From Octopus sinensis (taxonomy: Eukaryota): a DNA stretch of 64,000 nt. The notes under the pieces are model-generated. The model saw only the letters and a program-made list of their open reading frames with translations. It was not told the origin of the DNA and did no database searches. Positions within the stretch are counted from its first letter, which is position 1, and every line of letters begins with the position of its first letter. This document shows, in pieces, positions 37,836 through 51,894 of the stretch. Location of the stretch: the NCBI RefSeq assembly GCF_006345805.1, contig NC_043003.1:104594001-104658000 (forward strand), in the 5' to 3' direction. The position numbers and the translations under genes were made by a program.

Positions 37836-39113
37836 AGAAGGGGAGGCAGAGGTGGAAGGAGGATCGTCTATACATTGGAGGCTTAGAAGTTAACTTCTGA
37901 GCTTTTATTGAAGTATATTAATGAAAAGATTCAAGCAAAGTAAAATGATTATATAATAGCTATTGACTGAACTGTCCTACACTACTTTAATTAATTGGGT
38001 TTTATGAGCATTAATTAACAGGGCAAATGTGGTTAAGAAATACACTTTGCAACCACGTGATTTCAGGTTTGATCCCACTGCATTAACCATGGCACTAACA
38101 GTAGAATTGGGTAGATTGAAATTGCACCTGAGTTTGTTGGATAAGCTCAACCTGTTCTTATTCCATTTAACATCTGATTTAACAGATGTAACTTGGTAGA
38201 GTTCACTGTTACATTCAAACCAGGACTCCTCTATTAAAACAATAACTAGACAACCTGATACACTGTTCTTTTTTTATTATTATTATTTCTTTAGACTGTA
38301 ACAACCCAAAACCCATTCTTGAGTTCTGGGTTGTTACAGAAACTTTGTCCTGAGCCTCAAAGACTTTAACTCATTTACAACACTAAAAGTCACACAATTA
38401 TATTAATTGGAGCTAATTACCAGCTAATGAAATATATTCGATATTACGTAAATATACACTTGTTAATAAGCACATCACCTAGGGCCTACAAACTTATGAT
38501 CAAAGCATTCCAACCATGACCATACCATTTCTTTGCATATCCAGAACTACATTGACCATTTTTATTCTTTTTTAAACCAAAAAAAAAAAGAGATAAGGTA
38601 GTTTGATTTGAGGGAAGCTTGACTGCTATTTCTCACAGGTTAACCATCATGTAGAGGCTCCCTAGTTGTGAAAAATTTTTTTTTTTCTTTTGAAAAAGTT
38701 ATACAAGACACTAATAGCACACACATAAACACACAAATACACAAACATATACGCCTGCCTGTAAAACAGGTACACACAAATGCAAGCAACCATAAACACA
38801 CACAGACTCAAACCAGCACAAACACACACACATGCTTCTGTGCACAACATTTTCAGATGGACACACACACACACACACATCCAGCCAACCCTTCCACACA
38901 GGCACTATTATTGGTTATGCAAACTGAAACAGGCAGTGCTATGAAACTTAATCGGGACATAACAGAATAAGAACAGAACTTGCGACCACCTCATTGTTGA
39001 TTGGATCCTCAATAATACAAACCATACTTTCCAGTTACAAGTCTAAAAAAATGCACCAGTCAACTTGTGTTGCAGACCAAAACACTCACCATGCATACAC
39101 ACATATATGGATA

Positions 39114-39418
39114 TCACGTGATCACGTGACTGACCAGACCATCAGATGTTGTTACACATCGCTGGTCACAATGCGTTCGCATTGTTTTAGCCTTTGAATG
39201 ACGCCACCCCGCTGGCTAAGCGAGCAGGCCAACAGAAGAAAGAGTGGGAAAAAGAGTGGTGAAAGAGTACAGCAGGGATCACTACCCCCTGCCGGAGCCT
39301 CGTGGAGCTTTTAGGTGTTTTCGCTCAATAAACACTCACAACGCCCGGTCTGGGAATCGAAACCGCGATCCTGCGACCGCGAGTCCGCTGCCCTAACCAC
39401 TAGGCCATTGCGCCTCCA
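39114..39418 (-). mobile_element. Young tRNA-headed SINE, tail type 2, with TSD
   Basis: Pol III A box (tggcctagtgg) and B box (gtttcgattcc), CpG-rich; flanked by atatggatat direct repeats. Confidence 0.9.
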
Positions 39419-39924
39419 CATATGGATATACACTCGTTAATATAGACACCTGCACGTACACTAATACACCACCCACAACGTTGTTCTACCCGCCATTATC
39501 TCCCATCTGCAGATCAATCTGTTATTGATTCGCTATATTACATATTAATGAGAGCGGCTCCAGACAGAACATAAGAACAGCCAGAAATAGCAACCACTGG
39601 CATCAGTGCTCTTGTAGACATCTTACATTATGCAGGTGGCTTTTCAGCTGCTTGCCACCAGCACCATCTTAACCAAACTATCCACAATAACCACCACCAC
39701 CAATACCAAACAAGCTGCTTTACAAAAGAGTAGCAAGCGTCCTGCCATGAGTCAATCAACAACGGAGCTTCTATGTAGTTGATTGACCTGCTAGAAATAG
39801 AAGTCAAACCTCTTCTGAAAAAAAGGGACACGTTAACTAATGTAGTTCTAGGTGTCCCACAAGAAAGGCCTTTGAAAACAGGTCTGCTTGCTCATGGTTG
39901 ACCTGGGAGAATACCAAAGGTTCA

Positions 39925-40880
39925 TGGTAATAATTCATGAGATGCATGAAGAAGAGCAAGAATCCAAACAATATCCATTCATTTTTAATAGGTTCTGGCA
40001 GATTCAAATATGAATAACTGATGAGAATACTTCCTCCCTTTAGATGATTTGTGTTCTTAAATGCTGTGCGTGAGAAGACCCGGCAGGACAAGTGAGACCA
40101 TAACCTGTGGCCTCTACCTGAGATATAGCCAGTCCACTTATGCATACCTTTCCTTCTTGGGACACAAAACTCTGCTTGCGAAGACCTGTTGAGGCAATCG
40201 AAATTGATCAAAATTCAATGGAAATTGTAGTTGTGATACCAGTGCCGGTGGCACATAAAAGAACCATCCGAACGTAGCCGTTGCCAGCGCCGCCTTGACT
40301 GGCCTCCGTGCCAGTGGCACGTAAAAAGGAAAACCAACCAATCATGGCCATTGCCAGCCACACCTGGCACGTAAAAAGCACCCACTACACTCACAGAGTG
40401 GTTGGCGTTAGGAAGGGAATCCAGCAGTAGAAACACTGCCAGATCAGACTGGACCTGGTGCAGCCTCCTGGCTTCCCAGACCCCAGTTGAACGGTCCAAC
40501 CCGTGCTAGCATGGAAAGCAGACATTAAATGATGATGATGATGAATGCATATGATTTACAGGTGTAACTTTGAGACACTACAGTGATATAACTTCAAATG
40601 GCTCTTCAGTCAAAGCATCCCCAGACCAATGAATCTAACAAGAATATTGGCTCTTGTTTATAGAAATTAGTAAAAAAAATTTGCTGGTGAGAGCTGATGT
40701 CTACCTAACTGATTATAATTAATGGGGTGCACACAGTACAGCAAGAATCCAAACAATAACATATCCATTCATTTGAAAGACGTTTTGGCAGATTTGTGTG
40801 CAAATATCTGATTACTGCTAATTGTTCGTCATCAGAGAATATCTTCTCCCTTCAGACAATATGAGTTCATAACACATGCG
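39925..40880. repeat. Old degenerate direct repeat (about 39925-40060 and 40712-40880) flanking an RTE 3' end
   Basis: Both copies contain gcaagaatccaaacaat..atatccattcattt..ggcagatt..gagaata..tccct. Confidence 0.55.
40059..40545 (+). mobile_element. RTE 3' end (stop codon, 3' UTR, (GAT)n tail)
   Basis: gagaagacccggcaggacaagtga followed by the UTR, matching 18300-18675. Confidence 0.88.
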
Positions 40881-40951
40881 ATTCCCCAGTATAAGAGAAC
40901 TTTGAGATATCATGGTGTTTGGATCATATTCTGTGTCTCCTCTTGTGAATA

Positions 40952-41176
40952 CCCTTTCGTTACCAACCTGGCTGAAACTGGCTCTGGCTCTTTAGCATAA
41001 ATAAATGTCTTGTTTTCATAAGTTTGGAATTAAAATCTCCCACCAAACCTTAGTCACAATTTATGTTCCTAACACTAGCTTAATGATAACGATGTTATTT
41101 TACTAAATTCTTTGTTATATTTAAAATAATTGGAAGAAACACAGAGCATTTCAAAATAAATACAGTAATGAAAGGG
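40952..41176. mobile_element. piggyBac-type MITE
   Basis: TIRs ccctttcgttac / gtaatgaaaggg, with TTAA on the right. Confidence 0.75.
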
Positions 41177-42339
41177 TTAAGAACATGCATTGTCTAAAGG
41201 GAGGAGGTATTCTCTGATGTGATCAGAACTGCTAGAACATACTAAGAATGGATACATTCAAGTTTCATGTTGCCATGGATATGTCTACAAAAGAACAGTC
41301 TTCTACTGGGGCTCATATATGCTCAATCTCACAATCAATACATGCTGTGATGGCCATGTGAACACAATTGCCAGACTAAGCCCTTTTGTTTTGGGGTAGA
41401 GACATTCTTTAATATCACAAACATTCAGATTATTTTGTGAATTGCAAAACTCCATAAGACTGAGGGTCAATTCCTGTTTCCGTGGATGTGACATAGAGTT
41501 TGGACAATCAAAGTAAGGCAGAACACTAAACAATGTTTAGTTGTCAAGTAGTTTAGTAGTTGTGATTGCAAGTGTGTTGTCAGCTAGAATAAAAACAAAA
41601 TGTTTACATGGCCAAAAGATCCTGGCAACAAAACATCTGATGTCAAGTAAGTCAGCATTGAATCAGGGATGCCAAATAGGCAAGGCCAAATCATCACATA
41701 TCCTCATCTAGCAGAAAGCTACCTTCCTCTCTATTGTAGCCCCACTCAGTTGAAAGAGATTTTAGTCTTGCAAGTTGCATGTTTTCTACATTCACTCTGT
41801 AAAGTAGTTGGTGTCAGGAAAGGCATCCAGCCAAAAACAGATATCCTAAAAAGAGAAGGTATGAAACAAGGTTCTCTGATCCACCTAAGAGAACAGTGAC
41901 TAAGTAAGAACTAATTCAGATTGTAATGACATATTCACCTATGGAAAAAAAAATACATGATGATGATCTCTTCAGTTTCATTCAATAATTAACCCAGCAT
42001 TTATTTAACACATTACATACACTGACCACATCTGGTTTAAATTATAGATTGGAATTTTTCAGATTTTACTATCATTTTAGACAGATCCAAAAGGTTCAGA
42101 GTTTTAGTTACATATATTGATTATACTGATATTATAATCCTTATATTTAAGGTTATTAGAAATATAGGATAATTGAAAATATAAGTCAGTTGATATTTCA
42201 TAACTGAATATCAATAACTAATGACTTATTTTTATGAACCTTTGACATCTTTATTCTGTTCTACAAGCAATCAAAATTTGATGAATTCAAAGAAGCAGTG
42301 GAGTATCAGACTCAATGCACTGATATTAATTATCATTAA

Positions 42340-42760
42340 AGCTATTATATGCTACATTCGTTAGCAGGGATGTTGTCTTAAGGTTTGGTGACAAATTTCC
42401 TCAAACCATAAGAATGTATCTTAAGATTTTTGCAGAATAGGGGATGGAACTTTTCTGCAGGTTAACAATGTGTGTCTCAATTCCAACATCCTTCAGCTTC
42501 TTAGATTTGGGTGCTGTGATAATTGTTACCACAGGAACAATTGTCACCTTTGTTCTCCACAATCTCTTCAACTCTCTGGTTAGGTTCTGATATTTCTCAA
42601 TTTCTTTGGTATCCTCTCTATTATCATACGATATTGCAAAATCTATGATCTTACACTTTTTTTATGTCCTCCATAATCTTATCTGGTCTGCTTGCTTCAA
42701 AAGTATGGTCAATTTATTACCATCTTCATCATTACTCCTATATATTCCTTCTAGAATTGC
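42340..42760 (-). mobile_element. RLE-type (R4/Dong-like) LINE endonuclease remnant
   Basis: RPDK..CKIIDFAISYD..KEIEKYQNL..LKRLW..VTIVPVV is the restriction-like endonuclease motif. Confidence 0.8.
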
Positions 42761-42918
42761 ATCTACAATTATGCTTTGGCAGAATAAAAAAAGAAGTTTC
42801 TTTCCTTCGATAAAATCAGGAGTTAATGCTGCAAGTGAGATGTCAACTACCTTCATGAAACAAACTAAATGAGATAAAAATTAAATAAAATTTAAAAAAT
42901 ATTGCTGAATCATCTTAC

Positions 42919-43049
42919 CTGTCATGTTCTTCACAAAGAGTGCCATGTTCTCAAATGTCTTTTTGGAACTGTTGAAACGCACCACAGACCTAGAGTGGTG
43001 AAAGAACATGATATTTGGAACTGATACCACTCCAAATCTGGCATTGAGG
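42919..43049 (-). CDS. TXNDC15: TXNDC15 penultimate exon
   Basis: Acceptor ttcatttccAG, donor GTaaga, 131 nt, phase 2/1; joins the last exon in frame. Encodes LNARFGVVSVPNIMFFHHSRSVVRFNSSKKTFENMALFVKNMT (cf. human [43 protein letters not shown]). Confidence 0.9.
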
Positions 43050-43581
43050 CTGGAAATGAAAAACAGGAGAAAACAAAGGAGGAAATTAGTAAACTGAATG
43101 TTATTGGAATACTTAATTTTATAAGGGGTAGTGTATGTCACAGAGTCAAGAGTACTGTCCCTAGCACTACTCCTACTTTAAATGACAGAGAACTGCACTG
43201 GGATAGATGTATGTGAAGTGAAAAAGTACCATGCTCCCCTATACTGGTAGATGGAGTGTGCCACCCTTGCTGCAATAGAGAGCTTCACAAATATGTATCC
43301 TGTATAATAATCTTCATCATCATCATCCAGTGTTTGAAATCCAGGTTTTGTCCCCATTAACGGAGGTGACCAGATCGACCTCAATGCCTATGGCAACTGC
43401 TCTCACATCATCTTGCCAGGTTTCAGGCATCCTCCTTTTTCAAACCAACCCTCCCAATCTCCTCCCCCACCTGTCCCTTCCACCTTTTCCTCAATCTACC
43501 TTGCTTTCATGCTCCATTTACCTCAACCATAATCATCCTCATCAGAACATGTTCTTCATCCCTCCTCAACACATGCCCATA

Positions 43582-46094
43582 CCTATTTCTTTACTACCCA
43601 CAAGGGGCTAAACACAGAGGGGACAAACAAGGATAGACACACGGATTAAGTCGATTATATCAACCCCAGTGCGTAACTGGTACTTATTTAATCGACCCCG
43701 AAAGGATGAAAGGCAAAGTCGACCTCGATGGAATTTGAACTCAGAACGTAGCGGCAGATGAAATTCCACTAAGCATTTCGCCCGGCATGCTAACGTTTCT
43801 GCCAGCTCACCGCCTATACCATCTCACTCCATTTGCCCTTGCCAACCATTCCACCTTCGAATTTTAATCTTTGCAGTTTCAAAATAGATAAATATTGACA
43901 GGTGAAAAAAAAAAGGAGGTGGGTTGTTAACATTCGGAGGTGCAATGTGACAGAAAACCATAACAGATATTTCTTTATTGCCCACAAGGGGCTAAACATA
44001 GACGGGACAGACAAGGACAGACAAAAGGATTAAGTCAATTACATCAACCCCAGTACGTAACTGGTATTTATTTAATCGACCCCGAAAGGATGAAAGGTAA
44101 AGTCGACCGTGGCAGAATCTGAACTCAGAATGTAGCGGCAGACGAAATACCGCTAAGCATTTTGCCCGGCACACTAAAGTTTCTGCCAGCTCACCGCCTT
44201 AAAACCATAACAGAATTGAGATGGTTGACTGGTTAAAGAATTGAATTAACTACTTGTGACTCTGAAGTTGAAATCTGCTACTATCACTTTAGCGTTTCTA
44301 GGCCAAAACTGTAATACTGGGATAAAATTGGGGTAAAAATGATTTTTAAAAAATACCCATATTCTAAAAGACCTGTAACTTAGTTTTCACTTTCCAGCTT
44401 CCCTAACTTACCGGAGCAAGGGATGCTAAGTGAGTAACTAATGGTAAATGGATATGAAGGCAATAATGGAAGGCTTGGAGGAGAGGTAAGTGTATTCTAA
44501 GGCTGGAAAGAAATGAAGAGAGCATGTTTCAATGAATGTTTATGTAGTGTTATAGTGAATGAGCAAAGTACAAATGACCTAAAAAAGAACCAATTTATAT
44601 TACTGTTGTGTAGTTGAGATAAATGCAACAAAAGGACAAGAGAAGTAAGTATGCATGGGATCACAAAGACATCTTTATTGAGTTAATGGAGCAAGGAAAG
44701 CTGGGTGGTAGTCAACGGTAAATAACGATATAAGTAGCAATGGAATATTTCAAGGTGAGGCAAATGTAAAAGATCACAAACCAATGTTTCAAATAGGGAT
44801 TTTCATCAAGGAAATTTCTGGAACATTGGTATGGTGGAAAAGGTAGCTAAGTCATGGTGAGAGGAAGGGGCAGTGGTTGATAAAATATTCTATGGTGGTT
44901 ACCAGGCAAGCTTTTAGGCCAGATAATGAATATCTGATTTTTTTTTTTCTTTGCAAGTTAAATTGATTTCCTTATCTCTTCTCTCTCCCTCTCTCTCTCT
45001 CTCACCTTCCCTAAACTCTATCATCATATATACATACATCAAAACTGACACACACATTCTCTATAGCAACATGAAGAAAAGTAAACACCTATTTCTTTAC
45101 TACCCACAAGGGGCTAAACACAGAGAGGACAATCAAGGACAGACAAACGGATTAAGTCGATTATATCGACCCCAGTGCATAACTGGTACTTAATTTATTG
45201 ACCCCGAAAGGCAAAATCGACCTCGGCGGAATTTGAACTCAGAACGTAATGGCAGACGAAATACGGCTATGCATTTCGCCTGGCGTGCTAACGTTTCTAC
45301 CAGCTTGCCGCCTTTAGAAAAGTACATACCATTCTGAGAATCTGTGTTAGTAGGTGCAATAATATAGCTATACAAACAGCATTTTCTCAGGCATTTCAAT
45401 CAAGCAACTTCAAAATGTTAATTATATTTTCAAACTGAATAAACAGATAGTATCTTACCATCATATAAAACCATACAAGTCTGTGGAGGGCTGGTATCTA
45501 TTTCATCAAAGTAGGGTGCAGGTGGCTGAATAGTTAGGAAGCAACTTACAACTACATATTTTGCTAAAGCACACCTATCAACACCTTCTTCTCAACTTGT
45601 TTCAAGTTTCCCTCCCCTGTTAAAAATCCCTTACCTTCCTAAAATTATGTCTAATCCCACATATATATCTTAAAACTTACCATGCACCCTTCATTATCCT
45701 AGTGTGCACTCCTAACTGCCCCAGTTACCATGCACCCTCCTTACCTCAACTACCATGCATTCCTAGCTGCTCCAGTTACCATGGACCCTAAATTACCTCA
45801 GGTACCATGCACCCCTAGCTGGCCCAGCTACTATGGACATTGAATAATGTTACTCTGTATATATACCTATTTCTTTACTACCCACAAGGGGCTACACACA
45901 GAGAGGACAAACAAGGACAAACGGATTAAGTTGATTATATCGACCCCAGTGCGTAACTGGTACTTATTTAATCGACCCCGAGAGGATGAAAGGCAAAGTC
46001 GACCGTGGCAGAATTTGAACTCAGAACGTAACGGCAGATGAAATACGGCTAAGCATTTCGTCCGGCGTGCTAACGTTTCTGCCAGCTCACCACC
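43582..46094 (-). mobile_element. Four young ~230-bp SINEs (43582-43814, 43968-44200, 45090-45316, 45866-46094); a fifth copy lies at 59675-59905
   Basis: Near-identical bodies with B box gttcaaatt; TSDs aaaaccataacaga (43954/44201) and gaaaagta(a/c)a(c/t)acc (45076/45317). Confidence 0.9.
45676..45836. repeat. Degenerate ~51-bp minisatellite (about 3 units, each with two taccatgcac sub-repeats)
   Basis: ttaccatgcaccct..ctagctgc.ccag is repeated. Confidence 0.75.
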
Positions 46095-47254
46095 GTGTCT
46101 ATATACCTTTATTATTTTAGTGTTCACTTTTCCATACTTACATGGGTCATAAACAATTTGCTGATGCAGATATTCTATAGCTAATTACACCAATCCTCAC
46201 TTATTTCAAAGAAAGTAATAGTTCCCCTAGTTTACTGAATAACCTCTAACATGTTTTTACAAAAGACAGCAAACTAGTGACACCAACAGTACAAATGGGT
46301 GAGGCATTTGTTTACACTCACCATGCACACTCACCATGCACATGTGTGTAAAACTCAGTCGTGCTCACAAATGCACATATCTATATTTTCCCAATATATA
46401 TTATTATCATCATCTAACATCCACTTTTCCATACTCGCACAGGGCAGAAATAATTTGTTGAGGCAGTTTTTGTACAACTGGAGGCCTTTCCAGTCGCCAA
46501 CTGTCACATATTTCCTGGCAAGGTAATATTTCCCCATGACCAGACGGGTATCTTTTTTATAGAAAACCAGAAACTAAGAACATCTCTTGCTCATTTACAA
46601 CCATCATGTAATGTCAAAACAAGCGTGGGCACACACACACACACACACACACACATTGGCCGTTTTTCAGCTCTCATCAACCAAATCCATTCACAAGACT
46701 TTGGTTGGCTCAGACTTATAGTAAAAAACCAATTTCCCAAGGTGTTTATACATATATAGGTACACATACATGGTTGGGGAACAAATTGCCTTTAATATGA
46801 ATATCAATGCTACTGGATTCCATTTCTTTTTTTATTTCTAAGAAGTTGTTTCTTATCAGTAATTATATATTTTTGGGGAGGATTGGGAGAAATAAAGCCA
46901 AGATCTAGTAACTACAACAATATCACACATATTAGGCTCTTCCTACTTCATCACCCCACAGCCTCTCCCCTACTCCATACCCTTCTCCCTTCAAGTGTCA
47001 TCTTAAGGCAATGGCGCACTAGGTAGGTGCACAGAGGCCTCGCCCATCTAGGAGCCCAATTCTAATCTGTGAATGTTGTGGTTTGCTGTCAATAAATAAA
47101 TACTATAGGGCTTAGTGCACTGATCTGCCTGAGGCCCAGAATGCTGCTAAGAGGACACTGCTTCCTCCCCACATCAGCACACAAACTACACACTCCTCCC
47201 CGTACAACACCTTACTCTACACTTTCCCCACCACTTACATGCTCTTCACCAGAG

Positions 47255-47590
47255 ACCCCATTCAGCCATGAATGACCATGGGATTGCACCAAGAAAGTTT
47301 CCCTCCAAGGCGCAAGTCTGGGCAAGGTTGTTTTTATGGAAGACCAGCAGTCGCCCATGCATACCAGCCTCCCCTCTCCATGCCACTGATGTTGTCCAGG
47401 GGAAAGCAAAGGCTGATACAGCTCGGCACCAGTGACGTCACAACTCATTTCTACAGCCGAGTGAACTGGAGCAACATGAGAATAAAGTGTCTTGCTCAAG
47501 ATCACAACACACAGCCCAGTCTGGGAATCAAACTCACTACCTTATGAATGTGAGCCCCAATGCTCTAACCACTGAGCCATGCACCTTCAT
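47255..47590 (-). mobile_element. tRNA-headed SINE, different family
   Basis: Head gaaggtgcatggctcagtggttagagc..gagtttgattcc, then ttgagcaagacactt. Confidence 0.8.
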
Positions 47591-48385
47591 ATGCCCTTCA
47601 CCACATACATACAATTCCTATTACACCCTATACACACCTGCCACATGCACTCCCCACCACACATATACAAACCACACCCTCTACACACAAACCAACAAAG
47701 AATCTTGCATGTGATAACTCAATTTGTTATAAACAGCAACCAAATCACCTTTCAATCATTCATTGCCATCCCAAAAAACACATTCAATAAAGTGGACCTA
47801 GATTACACTATATTTGAAAAGGATAAAGACCATGGCTTCTGAAGAAACAAAACTGACCAATTTGCTAGAAATAGCAGTCAAATCTCCCTCATATAACACT
47901 CTGGATCTGTAAAAGGGGGAAGGACACATCAGATAATGTAGTTCTAAATACTTCTAAAGAAAAACAAGCTGGTCATGGCTGAAATACTTTGGAGTATGGA
48001 TCTGCTTGGTTGACTTGTAGCTAAACACACATACACTAACACACACTCACATTCATGCATACTCACATACAGAAACACACACTCAACCAAACTCACACAG
48101 GAAGTGGAGAAAAGGCAGGAGGGCTTACAATGCTTACTCTGCTTCCTTGTTGGCTGTTTTGTTAATGTTTTCATTAATTGTAGCCCTCATGGCAAATGGA
48201 AACTAATACTACTTGTCATATTTGGGAACAAGATAGTGACTGAATTAACCGATAATTTTGGAAGATGACATTTCCAGAGCAGAAGCCAAATAACAAAACA
48301 GAAACCTTACATATGAAGACTTTAAAATGATGAGGCGGTGGTGGTGGTGGTGGTGGAAGAGGATGGAGTAGAAAGGCAGCGGTGA

Positions 48386-48416
<31 letters not shown>

Positions 48417-50101
48417 GAGGGTGGAAATAACTTCATTTGCAAATGTCAAAAATCCTAGAAGGAAGAGATAATTAACCATTTATCACTGTCATCCTGATTA
48501 TCATTATAGGAGTGTGGCAAGAAACAGCATCAAGTTCTCAAAGCCATTAACACTAGCATCATTATCACCTGGCAGAAAAGTATGTACACTACACAACAAT
48601 GCTTGTTAGTAAAACCAACAGATTTCAGGCATAAGGAGTCTGGGACTCAGGCTTTAGTTACATCTAGGACTGAAATCACACTTGGAATCAGTTTTGCTTT
48701 TCATCTTTGCACGATTCTTAATCACCATCATTCACTTCTCCATATTTGCATGGGTTGGACAGTTTATTGAGACAGATTTTCTATGGCCTGATGCCCTTCT
48801 TGTTGCCAGCCTTCACCTGTTTCTAATTGAAGTAATATTTCTCAAAAGCCAGACATGTTCTCACAGAATATTAGAAACAAATAGCATTGCTTGTATGGCA
48901 GTGTCAATCACTTACAGCTATCACATCATGTCAAGAAAAGGAGGTATAAACACACACACACACACACATGATGGGCTTCATTCAGTTTCTATCTAGCAAA
49001 TGCACATACACACAAAGATTTGGTGGGACAATAGTAGAAGACACTTCCCCAAGGAGCCGTGCAATGGGATTGAACCCAAAACTATGTGGTTACCAGAAAT
49101 ATACAGCTTCCCCTATAAACCTATGTGGACCTCATGATAATGTCAACAATTCTCCTATGTTAAAAGCCATAAAATATCTATCAAAAAGCTTTACAGTATT
49201 TAGTGTTGTTCTTATATAATTGTGAGTTCAAAATTTGCAGGTGGAGGGAATATAATATCCCCTGCCATCACTGTGGGGTTTAGGAGTACCAGTAATTCAT
49301 TTGGATTTGTGGGTGCATCACTACAAGCAACTATACTCCTTTCCATCAGTAACTGGCATAGTGTTTCAGAGTCAAATGACAGATGGTAGCAGGCTTACTA
49401 GAACAATAAACAACATATCTCACTGTTCCGAGTTCAAATACCATTGAGGGTATTACTTTTCAATTTTCTGAAAATCAATAAAATTAGTACTAGTGAAGTA
49501 TTGGAGTCAATCTTATCAACCACCCCTCCCCTCAAATGCTTCTGGCCTTGCATATAAGTTAAATACCAGTGTACAACTTGTATGAAAGAAACAGTCAATT
49601 GCCTGTATTAATAGTACTAACTTATTTTCATACATTTTGCTAATTACTGAGGTCATGATGATTCTATAAACATTCATTCTCTATTAATGTAGTACAGTAT
49701 GTGTCTGACTAATTCTCTCAATTTTTTCTTACACATTCTTCGGCTACTAAGAACAAATATGTTGCATGACTCCACCCTTAGACATAATTGATAAAGACAA
49801 TTGTAACAAAACCAATATTTACTATTACCACTGTGTTGTCCACTTGGCTATGTTATGGATAAATTTCAGTTCCATATAACTGTTGATATGTTTGGCAAAT
49901 AAGCTTTCAAGAGATTAAGTTCCGTTTTTAAAGGACTGATACATCACTTCCAAACAGTTTTCATTGTGCAGAAACAAGGAACCAAATAAAAGACATAGCA
50001 AACAAGCCAAGACATTTCATAAGATCAATGAAATAGAATTGGGTTAGACATGGGTTGAGGCTATATGATGTCTTCTGAGCAAAATGTCATACAGGGTTAT
50101 T

Positions 50102-50484
50102 GTGGAGGCGCAATGGCCCAGTGGTTAGGGCAGCGGACTCGCGGTCGTAGGATCGCGGTTTCGATTCCCAGACCAGGCATTGTGAGTGTTTATTGAGCGA
50201 AAACACCTAAAGCTTCACGAGGTTCCTGCAGGGGGTGGTGGTGAACTCTGCTATACTCTTTCACCACAAACTTTCTCTCACTCTTTCTTCCTGTTTCTGT
50301 TGTACCTGTATTTCAAAGAGCCAGCCTTGTCACACTCTGTGTCACGCTGAATCTCCTCGAGAACTACGTTAAGGGTACACGTGTCTGTGGAGTGCTCAGC
50401 CACTTGCACGTTAATTCCACGAGCAAGCTGTTCCGTTGATCGTATCAGCTGGGACCCTCATCGTCGTAACCGACGGAGTGCTCC
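50102..50484 (+). mobile_element. tRNA-headed SINE, tail type 1
   Basis: A box tggcccagtgg and B box gtttcgattcc; body shared with 39114. Confidence 0.9.
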
Positions 50485-50508
50485 TACAGTGTTATTACAA
50501 TGCTATTA

Positions 50509-50745
50509 CCGGTGGCAAGTTCGAATTCATAAACAAGCCATTCATTGTGTTTTGTCATGGAGAAAATTGCTTGCTGTAGACAAATGGTGTAAATGCACCT
50601 AAATTGGTGCTGCTGTGAGCTGATAAGAGAGACAATCTCTCTTATGCTGATTTAGGTGCATTTACACAATTTGTATACAGCAAGAGATTTTCTCTATGAC
50701 AAAACACAGTGAATAGCTTGTTTATGAGTTCAAACTTGCCACTGG
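50509..50745. mobile_element. Fold-back MITE (~97-bp inverted arms, inner 9-bp hairpin)
   Basis: ccggtggcaagttcgaattcataaacaagc.. pairs with ..gcttgtttatgagttcaaacttgccactgg; the centre is ataagagag-acaat-ctctcttat. Confidence 0.9.
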
Positions 50746-51894
50746 CATCTTGGAACTGGTAATAACAATGTATTTAGACACATCACTGCTTAGTGCTCCC
50801 ACCTCATAAGTTATTATTTATGTCTATATTCTGAGTTCAAATCTCACAAAAGTCAATTTCACCTTTCATCCATCCAGAAACAATAAAATGAGTACCAGGA
50901 AAGTTTATGAGGTTCAATACGTTCAACTACAGACCTCTCCCTCAATTTATGACCTTGAGCTCACTTTAGAAAATCATTACTGACTTTGTTTTACATTGTT
51001 ATTTACTGGTCAGTCAGTAAACGCCAGCAATATACGAGGGTCAATTTAATCCAGTGTGACCATCTTCTACAACTACGTAGTCTTGGTGCAGTTCCTTACT
51101 GATAGAAGTAGATGTTCTGTTGGAGCTATGAAAACCAGCAGTTGTAGTTTAACACCAGATCCGCCCTATTATCAAATTCAATACAGCCATGACCACTCAA
51201 TACTTCTCTTGGGTATTGTGTGTCTAGCACTACGGTATCCATGATGTCCTTCCCGTTCCTACATAGCAACATGTAATTTGAGAAAGACTTCAATGAGTGT
51301 AATTTGAAGGAGATGTGGTTGAGTGACTGCATGCAGAGTCCCTTGAGTTAATGATGATGCTTCAGTGAAGAAGAGGAAGAAGGCGTTGTAGTAGTATTGG
51401 ATTAGCACTTTATCAGCCCCAGAGGGATGAACGGAATAGTTGGCCCCAATAGGAGTTAAACTAAGAGTGCAGGGAGGCAGGACTAACACCATTTTAACAG
51501 GGAGGCATTCTAACAAACATTTTAACAACTCTGCCATTTCACTGCCTTACTCCGTAAGCTTGGGTTAATATGAGAAATCAACATTATTGATTTCTTTTTA
51601 CTTGGAGCAAAGCCTCTCCATCATCCTAGTTTCCATTACCAGAAAGGAGTCAATTGAATTGACTAAACAATTTTTCTTCTTCAAAATCCTCCTCCCCAAG
51701 AAAGACTTATTTCTGGAATTTCCCCTCCCCTACCTTAACCAGTGATCTTCAAAAATTATTCTCAATGCACATTATCTATGTTCCAGTCAAGGAAGGCTTC
51801 ACTCTTCCTACTTGGACTAATTTTGTTTGGTTCTTTTACTTTATTCTATTATAAGCCAACACGGGAATTCTAACACCCACCAAACACTTTATTT

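Noticed and set aside
48505-48570. Minus-strand acceptor followed by GDNDASVNGFENLMLFLATLL*
   Set aside because: No homology and no supporting upstream exon; expected by chance.
50102-50175. tRNA gene
   Set aside because: It has A and B boxes but continues into a SINE body that is repeated elsewhere, with no complete cloverleaf or poly-T terminator.
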